Assembly (NCBI GenBank): GCA_965248355.1
Contig: OZ252098.1
Location: 4,480,001-4,544,000 of the forward strand
Direction: 5' to 3'
Length of the DNA stretch: 64,000 nt
Source of the DNA: Candidatus Latescibacterota bacterium
GTDB taxonomy: Bacteria > Latescibacterota > UBA2968 > UBA8231
Part shown: in pieces, positions 19,576-29,263 of the stretch
How the letters are laid out: the number at the start of each line of letters is the position of its first letter
Position numbering within the stretch: position 1 is the stretch's first letter
Program-made: the position numbers and the translations under genes
The notes under the pieces: generated by a model
Database searches by the model: none
Seen by the model: the letters and a program-made list of their open reading frames with translations, nothing else
What the model was told of the DNA's origin: nothing

Positions 19576-20432
19576 AGGGGCCGCCCCCGCCGCCGGCCCA
19601 CGCCTTCACCGTCGACTTCGAGGACTGGTTCCACGGGATCGAGATCGACGCCGGCGCCTGGGGGGGCTTCGAGAACCGGCTGGCCGTGGGCACCGGGAGG
19701 CTCCTCGACCTGCTGGCCGCCGCCGGGGTGCGGGCCACCTTCTTCGTCCTCGGGGCGGCGGCCCAATCCGCCCCCGGCCTGGTGCGCGAGATCGCCGGCC
19801 GGGGGCACGAGATCGCCACCCACGGCTACGGCCACGGCTTCGTGAGCCGCATGGAGCCGGAGGAGTTCCGCGCCGACCTGGAGCGCTCCCTGGAGGTCCT
19901 CGCGGGCCTGGTCCCGGGGCCGGTCCGGGGGTTCCGCGCTCCCTACTTCTCCATCCAGCGGGGGACGGAATGGGCCTTCGAGATCCTCCGGGACTGCGGC
20001 CTCCGCTACGATTCCAGCGTCTTCCCGGTGCGCAACTACCGCTACGGGGTCCCGGGGGCGCCGCGCTGGGCCCACGAGACGGATTCGGGGCTGATCGAGC
20101 TGCCGCCCTCCACCTGGCGCCTGGGCGGGACCAACCTGCCGGTGGCCGGAGGTGCCTACTTCCGCCTGTACCCCTATATTGTGACCCACTTCGGCCTGCG
20201 GCGGATCGCCGCCGAGGGCCACCCGGTGGTGTTCTACCTGCACCCCTGGGAACTCGATCCAGAACAGCCACGGATCCCCCTGCCGCGACGCATCGCCTGG
20301 CCTCACTACCTCAACCTGAGGAACACGGAGCAACGGTTGCGCCGGCTGCTGTCCGACTTCCCCTTCACCACGGCGGCGGAGGTGCTGGCCGCCCGGGGGT
20401 GGCCAGCGGCGGGATCTCCGGAGACAGAGTGA
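19572..20432 (+). CDS. Polysaccharide deacetylase (XrtA/PEP-CTERM-locus type, DUF3473)
   Basis: FTVDFEDWFH, ATFFVLG, HEIATHGY.H, GFRAP.FSI, YDSS.FP, GG.YFRL, YLHPWE.DP.QP. Confidence 0.9.
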   Translation: MKGPPPPPAHAFTVDFEDWFHGIEIDAGAWGGFENRLAVGTGRLLDLLAAAGVRATFFVLGAAAQSAPGLVREIAGRGHEIATHGYGHGFVSRMEPEEFRADLERSLEVLAGLVPGPVRGFRAPYFSIQRGTEWAFEILRDCGLRYDSSVFPVRNYRYGVPGAPRWAHETDSGLIELPPSTWRLGGTNLPVAGGAYFRLYPYIVTHFGLRRIAAEGHPVVFYLHPWELDPEQPRIPLPRRIAWPHYLNLRNTEQRLRRLLSDFPFTTAAEVLAARGWPAAGSPETE

Positions 20433-21082
20433 GCGCAACGGCCACGGTCGAGGCCGTCCGCCGCCACTTCGATGGCGAGGCGGCCCGCTTCGACGCCATC
20501 TACGACACCGAGAAGGGGGTCGCCCAGCGCTGCCTGGACGCCCTGTTCCGCGGCGTCGTCCGGCAGCGCTTTGCACTGACCCTCGCCCGCTGCGGAGACG
20601 TGGCGGGCCAGCGGGTCCTGGACGTGGGCTGCGGCTCCGGCCGCTACGCGGTGGAGTTCGCGCGCCGGGGGGCGCGGGTGACCGGCCTCGACATGGCGCC
20701 GGCCATGCTCGCCATGGCGCGGGCGGCGGCGGCCGAGGCCGGGGTCCGGGGGCGGTGCCGGTTCGAGGCGGGGGACTTCCTGCAGTGGCCGGCCCCCCAC
20801 GGCTTCGACATCTGCCTCGGCATCGGCCTCTTCGACTACGTCTCCGAGCCCGAGCCGTTCCTGGCCCGCATGCGGGATCTGACGGCCGGCCGGGGCGTCT
20901 TCAGCTTCCCCATCCGCTGGCGCCTGCGCACGCCCACCCGCTGGCTGCGATTGAAATCGAGGGGGTGTCCCGTGTTCTTCTACGACCGGAGCCAGGTGGA
21001 GGGCTGCCTGGCGGCGGCCGGCTGGCGCGAGGTGAGCATCACGAGGCTGAGCCGGGACTACCTGGTGGAAGGGCGTCCATGA
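20429..21082 (+). CDS. Class I SAM-dependent methyltransferase
   Basis: VLDVGCGSGRY, TGLD, GLFDY; GTGA and ATGA overlaps with neighbours. Confidence 0.85.
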   Translation: MSATATVEAVRRHFDGEAARFDAIYDTEKGVAQRCLDALFRGVVRQRFALTLARCGDVAGQRVLDVGCGSGRYAVEFARRGARVTGLDMAPAMLAMARAAAAEAGVRGRCRFEAGDFLQWPAPHGFDICLGIGLFDYVSEPEPFLARMRDLTAGRGVFSFPIRWRLRTPTRWLRLKSRGCPVFFYDRSQVEGCLAAAGWREVSITRLSRDYLVEGRP

Positions 21083-22044
21083 AGGTTCTGATCACGGGCG
21101 GGGCGGGCTTCATCGGCTCTCACCTGGCCGAGCGCCACCTGGCCATGGGGGACGAGGTGTCGATCATCGACAACCTCTCCACCAGCCTCATCGAGAACAT
21201 CCAGCACCTGCAGGAGCACCCGCTCTGCACCTGCCACATCGACGACATCCTCAACGCCGAGGCCATGCGCGGGCTCGTGGAGGACTGCGAGCTGATCTAC
21301 CACCTGGCGGCGGCCGTCGGGGTCGAGTACGTCCTCGAGAACCCGCTGCAGACGCTGAGCACGAACATCCGGGGCACCGAGATCCTCCTGGAGCTGGCCA
21401 ACGAGCGCAAGAAGCGGGTCGTCCTGGCCTCGACCTCCGAGATCTACGGCAAGAAGAACGGCCACGTGCCCTTCAGGGAGGACAGCGACCGCATCCTGGG
21501 GCCGACCACCGTGCTCCGCTGGAGCTATTCCACCACCAAGGCCGTGGACGAGCTGCTGGCCCTGGCCTACTGGCGCGAGAAGCGGCTGCCCACGGTGATC
21601 GTGCGGCCCTTCAACGTCATCGGTCCGCGCCAGACCGGGCGCTACGGCATGGTGGTGCCCCGCTTCATCAAGCAGGCCATGCTCGGCGATCCGATCACGG
21701 TCTACGACAACGGCGAGCAGCGCCGCTGCTTCACCTACATCGACGACGCCGTGGACGGCCTCGTGGCCATGGCCGCCAGCGACCGGGTCGTGGGCGAGGT
21801 GCTCAACCTCGGGTCCAACTTCGAGAGCAGCATCCGGGATCTGGCCCACAAGATCAAGGAGCTCACCGGCTCCAGCTCCGAGATCGCCTTCATCCCCTAC
21901 CAGCAGACGCGCCGCACCGGCCTCTACGAGGATCTCCTCTACCGGGCCCCGGATCTGCAGAAGATCCGCGAGTTCATCGGCTACGACCCCAAGGTGGACC
22001 TCGAGGAGGCGCTGCGCAGGATCATCGAGGACTTCAAGAAGTAG
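21079..22044 (+). CDS. NAD-dependent nucleotide-sugar epimerase/dehydratase
   Basis: ITGGAGFIGSHL, HLAAAVGV, STSEIYGK, YSTTK (YxxxK), GPRQTGRYGMV.PRF. Confidence 0.93.
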   Translation: MKVLITGGAGFIGSHLAERHLAMGDEVSIIDNLSTSLIENIQHLQEHPLCTCHIDDILNAEAMRGLVEDCELIYHLAAAVGVEYVLENPLQTLSTNIRGTEILLELANERKKRVVLASTSEIYGKKNGHVPFREDSDRILGPTTVLRWSYSTTKAVDELLALAYWREKRLPTVIVRPFNVIGPRQTGRYGMVVPRFIKQAMLGDPITVYDNGEQRRCFTYIDDAVDGLVAMAASDRVVGEVLNLGSNFESSIRDLAHKIKELTGSSSEIAFIPYQQTRRTGLYEDLLYRAPDLQKIREFIGYDPKVDLEEALRRIIEDFKK

Positions 22045-22063
22045 TCCGGGTCGGTCGTCCGGC

Positions 22064-22558
22064 TCACCAGCCGAGGCTCCGCAGCAGCCGGGGCGTGACC
22101 AGCCACTGCAACATTCCCTCCAACCGACCCTCCCGGCCGGGCGCCTCCAGGTCGACGCGGGCCACGGCGGCCGTGGGCAGACGTACGCGGGCGCCGGTGA
22201 GCCGGGCGATCCACTCCTCCATGCCGGGGTTGTGGGCGATGACGAGGGCGGTGCCGGCGCCGCCGGCCGTGGCGGCCAGCACCTCGGAGAGAGCCTCCGG
22301 GCCGGCCATGTAGAGGCGTCCGTCGAGGACGAGCTGGGGGCCCGCCTCCAACTCCTCCACGAGACGCACGGCCGTCTCCTGGGCGCGCACCGCGGCCGAG
22401 GCCAGCACCAGGTCGGGCGGAGAGGCGCAGGCCTGCAGGAACCCGGCCACCCGCGGCACGTCCTTGCGGCCGCGCTTGTTCAGTGGGCGGTCGAAGTCCT
22501 CCTGGTCCGGCCGCGACCAGTCGGACTTGGCGTGACGCATGACGAGCAAGTTCTTCAT
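22064..22558 (-). CDS. sixA: SixA-type histidine phosphatase
   Basis: MRHAKSDW, DFDRPLNKRG, S.AVRA.ET, HNPG, PTA. Confidence 0.88.
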   Translation of the reverse strand: MKNLLVMRHAKSDWSRPDQEDFDRPLNKRGRKDVPRVAGFLQACASPPDLVLASAAVRAQETAVRLVEELEAGPQLVLDGRLYMAGPEALSEVLAATAGGAGTALVIAHNPGMEEWIARLTGARVRLPTAAVARVDLEAPGREGRLEGMLQWLVTPRLLRSLGW

Positions 22559-22570
22559 CTGATCCCTTCC

Positions 22571-22579
22571 TGTGGATAA
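22571..22579. promoter_or_regulatory. Perfect DnaA box (TGTGGATAA = reverse complement of TTATCCACA)
   Basis: Exact consensus 9-mer in the 30-bp gap between divergent sixA and phosphomannomutase genes. Confidence 0.4.
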
Positions 22580-22588
22580 CTGAATAGC

Positions 22589-23929
22589 ATGCGCGTCGAT
22601 CCCTCCATCTTCAAGGCCTACGACATCCGCGGCGTCTACCCGTCCCAGCTCGACGAGGCCGCGGCGCTGGCCGTGGGGCGGGCCTTCGCCGCCCTGCTGC
22701 AGCCGGCGCAGGTCGTGGTGGGCCGGGACATGCGCCTGTCGAGCCCGGCCGTGTGCGCCGCCCTCGTGGAGGGGCTGACCCGCCAGGGGGCGGACGTCCT
22801 CGACCTGGGCATGGTCAGCACCGACCAGTACTACTATGCCTGCGCCACCTGCCGGCGGCCGGGGATCATGGTCACCGCCTCTCACAACCCGCCCGAGTAC
22901 TGCGGCTTCAAGATGGTGCGGGAGATGCCCTTCCTGCTGTCGGGGGACGAGGGCATCCAGGATCTGCGGCGGGTGATCGAGGCCGAGGAATGGCGCCCGG
23001 CCCCCGGCTCCGGCCGCGTCGAGCCCCTCGACCTGGGGGAGGGATTCGTCGACAAGGTCCTGTCCCTGGTGCAGATCGATCGCCTGCGGCCTCTGAAGAT
23101 CGTCGCCGACACCGGCAACGGCATGGTCGGCCCCATCCTCGAGCGGGTCTTCGGCCGCCTGCCCGTGGAGCTGACGGGGATGTACCTCGACCCCGACGGC
23201 TCCCTGCCCAACCACGGCCTCGACCCCATGCAGGAGGAGAACCGGGCCGAGCTGCAGCGCCGGGTGGTGGCCGAGGGCGCCGACGCGGGCTTCGCCTTCG
23301 ACGGCGACGGCGACCGCTTCTTCGCCATCGACGACCGGGGCCGCTTCGTCCCCGGCGACTTCCTCACGGCCCTCATGGGCGCCTGGCTCCTGAAGCGCGA
23401 GGGGGGAGGCACCATCGTCCACGACGTCCGCTGCTCGTGGGCGGTGCGCGACGAGGTCCGGGCCGCCGGGGGCGTGGCGCGCCAGGAGCGCGTGGGCCAC
23501 TCCTTCCTCAAGCCGCGCCTGCTGCGCGAGGGCGGCGTCTTCGCCGGCGAGCTGTCCGGCCACTACTACTTCCGCGACTTCTTCGGCGCCGACTCCGGCA
23601 TCGTGCCGTCCCTGGTCCTGCTGCAGATGATGTCGGAGCGCGGCCGGTCCCTGTCCCAACTGGTCTCGCCCCTGGAGTCCCGCTACTTCCTCTCCGGCGA
23701 GATCAACTCCCGGGTGGCGGACCCCGCCGCCAGACTGGAGGAGCTGGCCGAACGCTACGCCGACGGCCGCGTGGAGCGCTTCGACGGCGTCTCCGTGAGC
23801 TTCGACGACTGGCACTTCAACGTGCGCGCCTCCAACACCGAGCCCCTGCTGCGCCTCAACCTCGAGGCCCTCGACCCGCGGCGCATGGAGGAGAAGCGCG
23901 ACGAGGTGCTCGCCGTGATCCGCGCCTGA
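22589..23929 (+). CDS. Phosphomannomutase/phosphoglucomutase
   Basis: IFKAYDIRG, TASHNP, FDGDGDR, GELSGHYYF, VRASNTEP.LRLN.E. Confidence 0.95.
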   Translation: MRVDPSIFKAYDIRGVYPSQLDEAAALAVGRAFAALLQPAQVVVGRDMRLSSPAVCAALVEGLTRQGADVLDLGMVSTDQYYYACATCRRPGIMVTASHNPPEYCGFKMVREMPFLLSGDEGIQDLRRVIEAEEWRPAPGSGRVEPLDLGEGFVDKVLSLVQIDRLRPLKIVADTGNGMVGPILERVFGRLPVELTGMYLDPDGSLPNHGLDPMQEENRAELQRRVVAEGADAGFAFDGDGDRFFAIDDRGRFVPGDFLTALMGAWLLKREGGGTIVHDVRCSWAVRDEVRAAGGVARQERVGHSFLKPRLLREGGVFAGELSGHYYFRDFFGADSGIVPSLVLLQMMSERGRSLSQLVSPLESRYFLSGEINSRVADPAARLEELAERYADGRVERFDGVSVSFDDWHFNVRASNTEPLLRLNLEALDPRRMEEKRDEVLAVIRA

Positions 23930-25906
23930 TCAGTAGAGCATGGGGATGATGTTGCCCACCGTGCCGGTGAAGCCGTCCACCACCAGCCAGAAGCCGGCGA
24001 TGACCAGCTGCCCCAGGATCAGCCCCATGAAGAAGGGCTTGGTGCGCTCGTAGGTCGCGGCCCCGCCGAAGCGCAGCACCGCCCTCTTGATCAGCCACGC
24101 GAGCCAGATCGACGACCACAGCACGCTCATGGTCCACCCCGGGGCGACGGCAAAGCCGAGGGGGTGCAGGGGCCAGCCGGCGAAGCGTTGCCGGGCGACC
24201 ATCAGGCCCGCCATCACCACTCCTCCGCCCAGCATCCACAGATAGCCGGTGATGCTCGGCCCGGCGGGGTTGTCGAGCTGGTACAGGGCCTGCGCCGCCG
24301 GGTAGCGGGGGAAGCTGCCGAAGAACTCGCCGCTCAGGTTGACGCCGCCGTGGTGGTAGGCCAGCCGCATGGTGAACCACACCGACACGGCCAGAGTGAC
24401 CACCATGGCCAGGGCGATGGCGGCCAGCAGGCGGCGCCGGTTGCCGGAGGTCTCGCTGCCGAGGCGCACGGCATTGGCCAGGGGCGCCATCATGAAGACC
24501 AGCAGCTCGCCGCTCCAGACCAGGGTCTGACCCACGGCCAGCAGCCCGGCGGGCCCCAGGGCCGGCCCGCCGACGGTGGAGACCACGAAGCCGGCCGGCA
24601 CCATGGCCGGCGAGATCGTCGGGACCCCGCCCTCGGCCACGGCCCGCGTCAGCCCGGTGAAGATGACCAGCGCCCCCAGCACGAAGATCGGCGCCACCCA
24701 TCCCGGCATCCCCGCCTGCCACAGCCACACCGTCATTCCCGCCATCCCCGCGGCGCAGCCGATCACGGCGCCGCGATAGGACAGGATCTCGCCGCCGTCA
24801 TCGATCCGCGGATCCCCGGAGGTCTTGCGCCACACGTTCCGCAGGTGGCCGCGGGCGTACCAGATCCCGGCGCCGACGAGCACGAGCAGGGCCCCCATCC
24901 CCTGGTTGCCGAGGACCGGCTCCGTCCAGTAGCCCAGGCCGGCGTGGGCGGTGTCGACGCCCATCGTGTGCAGCAGCCGCCTCTCGACCGCGACCAGCAG
25001 GTAGAAGAACCACAGGCTGAAGGCGATGCTGGTGTTGATGAAGTAGGCGAAGCCCACCATGAGGAAGTTGAGGCCCAGGCGCACGGAGACCCCCGGCACC
25101 AGGTCGATGCTGGTGGACAGGTAGGCCGCCGGCACCTCGGGCAGGTAGTGCTGCAGCCCCTGCAGACCGCCCACGAAGACGGGCACGGCGAAGCCCACCC
25201 ACAGGGCCGGCCGCCGGAACAGGTCCGGCAGGATGGCGCCCCGGTCCTGCCGGAACAGCTCCAGCGGCACCTGGGCCATGGGGAAGGGCAGGCGCTCGTA
25301 GTCCACCCACTGGCGCCGCAGGACGGCCATGACGCAGACCAGGGTCAGGTAGAAGGCGGCGTAGAACCCCAGCCACCCCAGCAGCACCGGCATCCAGGCG
25401 CCCCAGGGGACCGGCATGCCGCCCTCGTAGAGCCCCCGCACCGCCTCCGGATCGCCCATGAGCGTCCACTCCGCCACGTGCGGATGGAGCCGCTCCGCCC
25501 ACCCGTTCTCCGGCGTGGCGTAGTAGTAGATCCCCGTGACCAGGGGCAGGAGCATGCCCGTCACCCCCCGCGTCGGGATCGCCGAAGCGACCATCATCAT
25601 CACCATGGCCGTGATCAGCTCCCCCCGCGTGAACCCCCAGGTGCGCCGGCAGCACTTGAGCAGCACGTGGACGAGCAGGAGCACGAAGAGCAGGAAGAAG
25701 GCCGCCGGCGTGGAGGAGGAGAACCCCATGGGCGTGCCCCGCAGGAGCATGGTCGTGTACGGGGCCCCGACGCCGATGACCGCGCACAGGAGGCAGCCCA
25801 CGGCGATCCCCCGCAGGGTGACGGCGGACTCCGGGCCGGTGGGGGCCCGGGTGAGTTCGCGCTCCTGGAGGGCGGAGTGGTAGTCGGGGGGGATGTTGCG
25901 GTTCAT
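23930..25906 (-). CDS. Polytopic membrane protein, DUF6785/DUF6784-like (putative transporter)
   Basis: YYATPEN.W, VPW..W, LRRQW...ERL.FP, WPLHPLG, IWLAWLIK...LR.GG...Y....PFF.GLILG. Confidence 0.75.
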   Translation of the reverse strand: MNRNIPPDYHSALQERELTRAPTGPESAVTLRGIAVGCLLCAVIGVGAPYTTMLLRGTPMGFSSSTPAAFFLLFVLLLVHVLLKCCRRTWGFTRGELITAMVMMMVASAIPTRGVTGMLLPLVTGIYYYATPENGWAERLHPHVAEWTLMGDPEAVRGLYEGGMPVPWGAWMPVLLGWLGFYAAFYLTLVCVMAVLRRQWVDYERLPFPMAQVPLELFRQDRGAILPDLFRRPALWVGFAVPVFVGGLQGLQHYLPEVPAAYLSTSIDLVPGVSVRLGLNFLMVGFAYFINTSIAFSLWFFYLLVAVERRLLHTMGVDTAHAGLGYWTEPVLGNQGMGALLVLVGAGIWYARGHLRNVWRKTSGDPRIDDGGEILSYRGAVIGCAAGMAGMTVWLWQAGMPGWVAPIFVLGALVIFTGLTRAVAEGGVPTISPAMVPAGFVVSTVGGPALGPAGLLAVGQTLVWSGELLVFMMAPLANAVRLGSETSGNRRRLLAAIALAMVVTLAVSVWFTMRLAYHHGGVNLSGEFFGSFPRYPAAQALYQLDNPAGPSITGYLWMLGGGVVMAGLMVARQRFAGWPLHPLGFAVAPGWTMSVLWSSIWLAWLIKRAVLRFGGAATYERTKPFFMGLILGQLVIAGFWLVVDGFTGTVGNIIPMLY

Positions 25907-26040
25907 GGGGGTTGGCGGCGGTTCGCGGCTCTACTTGTCAAGGGCGAGGCAGGTCCCGCAAATTAGCGCTTGGTTCAATCTTGATGGTACTGCCACGAAG
26001 GCAAGCGCGTTCTCCGGCGCGCCTCACGAGCCCGGATCCC

Positions 26041-27597
26041 ATGAGAGTTCACGCCAGGCGCCGGCTGCCGATCGGCATTCAGACTTTCCGCGAGATCCGC
26101 CAGGAGAACTACTACTACGTCGACAAGACCGCCTACCTGCGGCGGCTCGTCGAAGACGGCAAGCACTACTTCCTTTCCCGGCCGCGGCGCTTCGGCAAGA
26201 GCCTGTTCCTCGACACCTGCAAGGAGCTGTTCGAGGGGAACGAGCCGCTCTTCGAGGGGCTGGATATCCACCCCCGTTGGGACTGGTCGGTCCGCCATCC
26301 GGTCGTGCGCCTGAGCTTCGGCAGCGGCAACTTCAAGGAGCCGGGCTACCTGGAAAAGAACCTCATGGAGCAACTCGGGGCGGCCGAACGCCGTGCGGAG
26401 GTCGTTGCCGAGTACGCCACGGCGCCCGGGCGTCTCTCCTTCCTCCTGGAGACCCTGCACGAACGGGCCGGGCAGCCGGTCGCGGTGCTGGTCGACGAGT
26501 ACGACAAGCCGATTCTCGACGCCCTCGAGGAGCCGGAGATGGCCCGCGCCAACCGCGACTTCCTGCGCGGCCTCTACGCGGTCGTCAAGGACTGCGACGC
26601 CCACATCCGCTTCACCTTCATCACCGGGGTGAGCAAGTTCTCCAAGGTCAGCCTGTTCTCCGGCCTCAACAACCTCTCGGACATCACCCTGGACCCGCGC
26701 TATTCCGCCCTCTGCGGCTATACCGAGGCGGATCTGGATGCGGTGTTCGCCCCCGAGCTTTCCGGCCTCGACCGGCACGAGATCCGCGACTGGTACAACG
26801 GCTACAGCTGGCTCGGCGACGACAAGGTCTACAACCCCTTCGACATCCTGCTGCTGTTCGACAGGCGCCGCTTCGGCGCCTGGTGGTTCGAGACCGGCAC
26901 GCCGGCCTTCCTGGTGGATACGCTGCTGGGGCGCGGGGTGAGCTCCGTTTCCCTGGACGGCATGCTCGGCAGCGACGCGCTGCTCTCCCGGTTCGACGTC
27001 GACGACATGGCGACCGAAGCGCTGCTGTTCCAGACCGGGTACCTGACCATTCACGCGGTCGAGCCCCGGGGCGGGAGGACCTTCTACCGGCTCGGCTACC
27101 CGAACCGGGAGGTCCGGCAGAGCCTGAACGAGAGCCTCCTGAACCAACTTGCCGGGGATTCAACCCGCGGCGAGGAGCACAGCGCCCGGCTGTACGACTT
27201 GCTGCTGGTCAACGACTTCGCCGGACTGGAGGCCCTGTTCCGTGCGTTCCTCGCCGGAATCCCCTACCAGTGGCACACCAACAACGACATCGCTGACTAC
27301 GAGGGGTACTACGCCAGCGTCTTCTACTCCTGCTTCGCCGGCCTCGGCCTCGATGTCATCGTCGAGGACAGCACCAGCCACGGACGCCTCGACATGGCGG
27401 TGCTGTTCAACGGCAACGTGTACCTGTTCGAGTTCAAGGTCGTGGAGCTGACGACGAAGGGTGCCGCCATGGCGCAGTTGAAGGAGCGGGGGTATGCCGG
27501 CAAGTACCGGGGCCGCGGCGAGCCGATCCACCTGGTGGCGGTGGAGTTCAGCCGCGAGAGCAGGAACATCGTGGCCTTCGAGGTGGAACGGACGTAG
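26041..27597 (+). CDS. AAA-ATPase-like protein with C-terminal PD-(D/E)XK nuclease
   Basis: LPIGIQTF, YYVDKT, SRPRRFGKSL (Walker A), VDEYDKP (Walker B), GLNNL.DI, QTGYLTI, PNREV, GRLD...FEFK. Confidence 0.92.
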   Translation: MRVHARRRLPIGIQTFREIRQENYYYVDKTAYLRRLVEDGKHYFLSRPRRFGKSLFLDTCKELFEGNEPLFEGLDIHPRWDWSVRHPVVRLSFGSGNFKEPGYLEKNLMEQLGAAERRAEVVAEYATAPGRLSFLLETLHERAGQPVAVLVDEYDKPILDALEEPEMARANRDFLRGLYAVVKDCDAHIRFTFITGVSKFSKVSLFSGLNNLSDITLDPRYSALCGYTEADLDAVFAPELSGLDRHEIRDWYNGYSWLGDDKVYNPFDILLLFDRRRFGAWWFETGTPAFLVDTLLGRGVSSVSLDGMLGSDALLSRFDVDDMATEALLFQTGYLTIHAVEPRGGRTFYRLGYPNREVRQSLNESLLNQLAGDSTRGEEHSARLYDLLLVNDFAGLEALFRAFLAGIPYQWHTNNDIADYEGYYASVFYSCFAGLGLDVIVEDSTSHGRLDMAVLFNGNVYLFEFKVVELTTKGAAMAQLKERGYAGKYRGRGEPIHLVAVEFSRESRNIVAFEVERT

Positions 27598-27600
27598 GCC

Positions 27601-28029
27601 CCGGCACCATGGCCGGCGAGATCGTCGGGATGCCGCCCTCGGCCGTGCCCCGGTGAGCCGGTGAAGATTGCCAGCGCCGCCAGCACGAAGATCGGCGTCA
27701 CCCATCCTGGCATCCCCGCCTGCCACAGCCACACCGTCATTCCCGCCATCCCCGCGGCGCGGCCAATCACGGTTGCCGAGGAGGCTCCGTCCAGTAGTCC
27801 AGGCCGGCGTGGGAGGAAGAAGGCCGACGGCGTGCCCGGGGAACCCCATGGGGTGCCGCGCAGGAGCATGGTCGTGTACGGGGCCCCGACGCCGATGACC
27901 GCGCACAGGAGACTGCCCAAGGCGATCCCCCGGAGGGTGACGGCGGACCCGCTGCCGGTGGGGCGCGGGTGGGCTCGCGCTCCTGGAGGGTGGAGTGGTA
28001 GTCGGGGGGTGTTGCGGTTCGTGGGGGGG
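27601..28029 (-). pseudogene. Degraded, internally deleted relic copy of the 23930-25906 membrane protein gene
   Basis: Three joined blocks resembling 24595-24768, 24904-24948 and 25692-25911, with small indels; start codon mutated (+ strand CAT to CGT at 28020-28022). Confidence 0.9.
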
Positions 28030-28153
28030 GATCAGAATGCCATACCGTGCATGTGGGGTGGGTGTCCGGCATCGCCAGTTGCCGCACGAGACGCTTCGTT
28101 TCCATCTTTCCTCGAGACATAGGCGGGTAAGCTACTCAACTACCGAGGTCGAG

Positions 28154-29263
28154 ATGAATCTGGAGGAAGTACTAAGGTCCGCGATCAAGCGTATACGCAG
28201 CGGCTCACTGGAAAATGAAGCGCAGGTGAAGCAGGCAGTGATCCTGCCAATCCTGCGCGCCCTCGGTTGGGACGATGCGGACCCGGCGGAGTTCAGGCCG
28301 GAGTATGCCGTTGACAATGGTCGGGTGGATTACGCAATGCTTGGAAAGACGGGAGCGCCGCTGGTTTTCATCGAAGCCAAAGGGATCGGCCGCGTGGACA
28401 TTTCGGGCGAGGAGCAGTTGTTCGGATATGCTGTGAACAAAGGCGTTCCGTTTCTTGTCCTGACCGACGGCGATATCTGGGGCTTCTATCTCAGCATGGC
28501 GGCAGGTGCCCCTGCCGAGCGACGGTTCTATCGGGCGGAACTGACCCGTGAAGAGAGGATTCCCGAGTACGCCCGCTTCCTGAGTACACATCTGCAGAAG
28601 AGCCGCGTCCTTTCTGGAGATGCCCGGCGTGCAGCGGAGCACTTGCTCGAAAGCAATCAGGATCGAGAGAAGGCGCGCGAGGCCATCCCAGGCGTGTGGA
28701 GAAGCTTGCTCGAGAGGCCAGACGACAGGCTCCGTGATTTGCTCATGGAGCAGGTAGCAAGTGAGTGTGGAACCATGCCGGAACAGGATGATGTGGAGTC
28801 CTTCCTGAAGGCGTGCCTCTCCGGTGGAGTGCCTGAGGTGCCCGATGCCCCCGCGCCTGTCACTAAGCCGCGGCCGAGGAAGTCCCCACCCGGACCTCAG
28901 CCAGCGACGTCGAGAGGAAGTGCGAAAATCACCGGGTTCATCTTCGAGAACAGAACCGTGGAGACCGGGGCCGCCTACCGCACTCTGGCAGAGGTGTTGA
29001 AGGAGTTCCATCGCCGCGATCCCCAATTCATGGAGCGCTTCGCGGCTCAAACGGTGGGCCGGAAGCGGCGTCTGGTTGCGCGCGACCGCAAGGACCTCTA
29101 CCCAGACGCACCTGACCTAGTAGAAACAAGCTCCCTGGATCTGGAGAATGGTTGGTGGCTGGGCCACAACCTTAGCGCCGATACCATCCGACGTAGAATC
29201 AAGACCGCTTGCGAGATCGCGGGCGTGAAGTTCGGATCCGAGTTGAAGCTGATCGAGTCGTGA
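28154..29263 (+). CDS. HsdR_N-like restriction endonuclease domain fused to a SeqA-C-like domain
   Basis: NEAQVKQ.VI.PIL.ALGWD, PEY, RVDYA...FIEAK (PD-(D/E)XK), LTDG..W; Pro-rich linker; C-terminal GRKRRLVA...GWWLGHNLS; visibly more A/T than flanks. Confidence 0.75.
   Translation: MNLEEVLRSAIKRIRSGSLENEAQVKQAVILPILRALGWDDADPAEFRPEYAVDNGRVDYAMLGKTGAPLVFIEAKGIGRVDISGEEQLFGYAVNKGVPFLVLTDGDIWGFYLSMAAGAPAERRFYRAELTREERIPEYARFLSTHLQKSRVLSGDARRAAEHLLESNQDREKAREAIPGVWRSLLERPDDRLRDLLMEQVASECGTMPEQDDVESFLKACLSGGVPEVPDAPAPVTKPRPRKSPPGPQPATSRGSAKITGFIFENRTVETGAAYRTLAEVLKEFHRRDPQFMERFAAQTVGRKRRLVARDRKDLYPDAPDLVETSSLDLENGWWLGHNLSADTIRRRIKTACEIAGVKFGSELKLIES

Noticed and set aside
22571..22579. Replication origin (oriC)
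   Set aside because: Only one DnaA box, no AT-rich unwinding element, and no dnaA/dnaN nearby
27601..28029. Diversity-generating retroelement template/variable repeat pair with 24595-25911
   Set aside because: Differences are not adenine-specific and include indels and large deletions; no reverse transcriptase in the window
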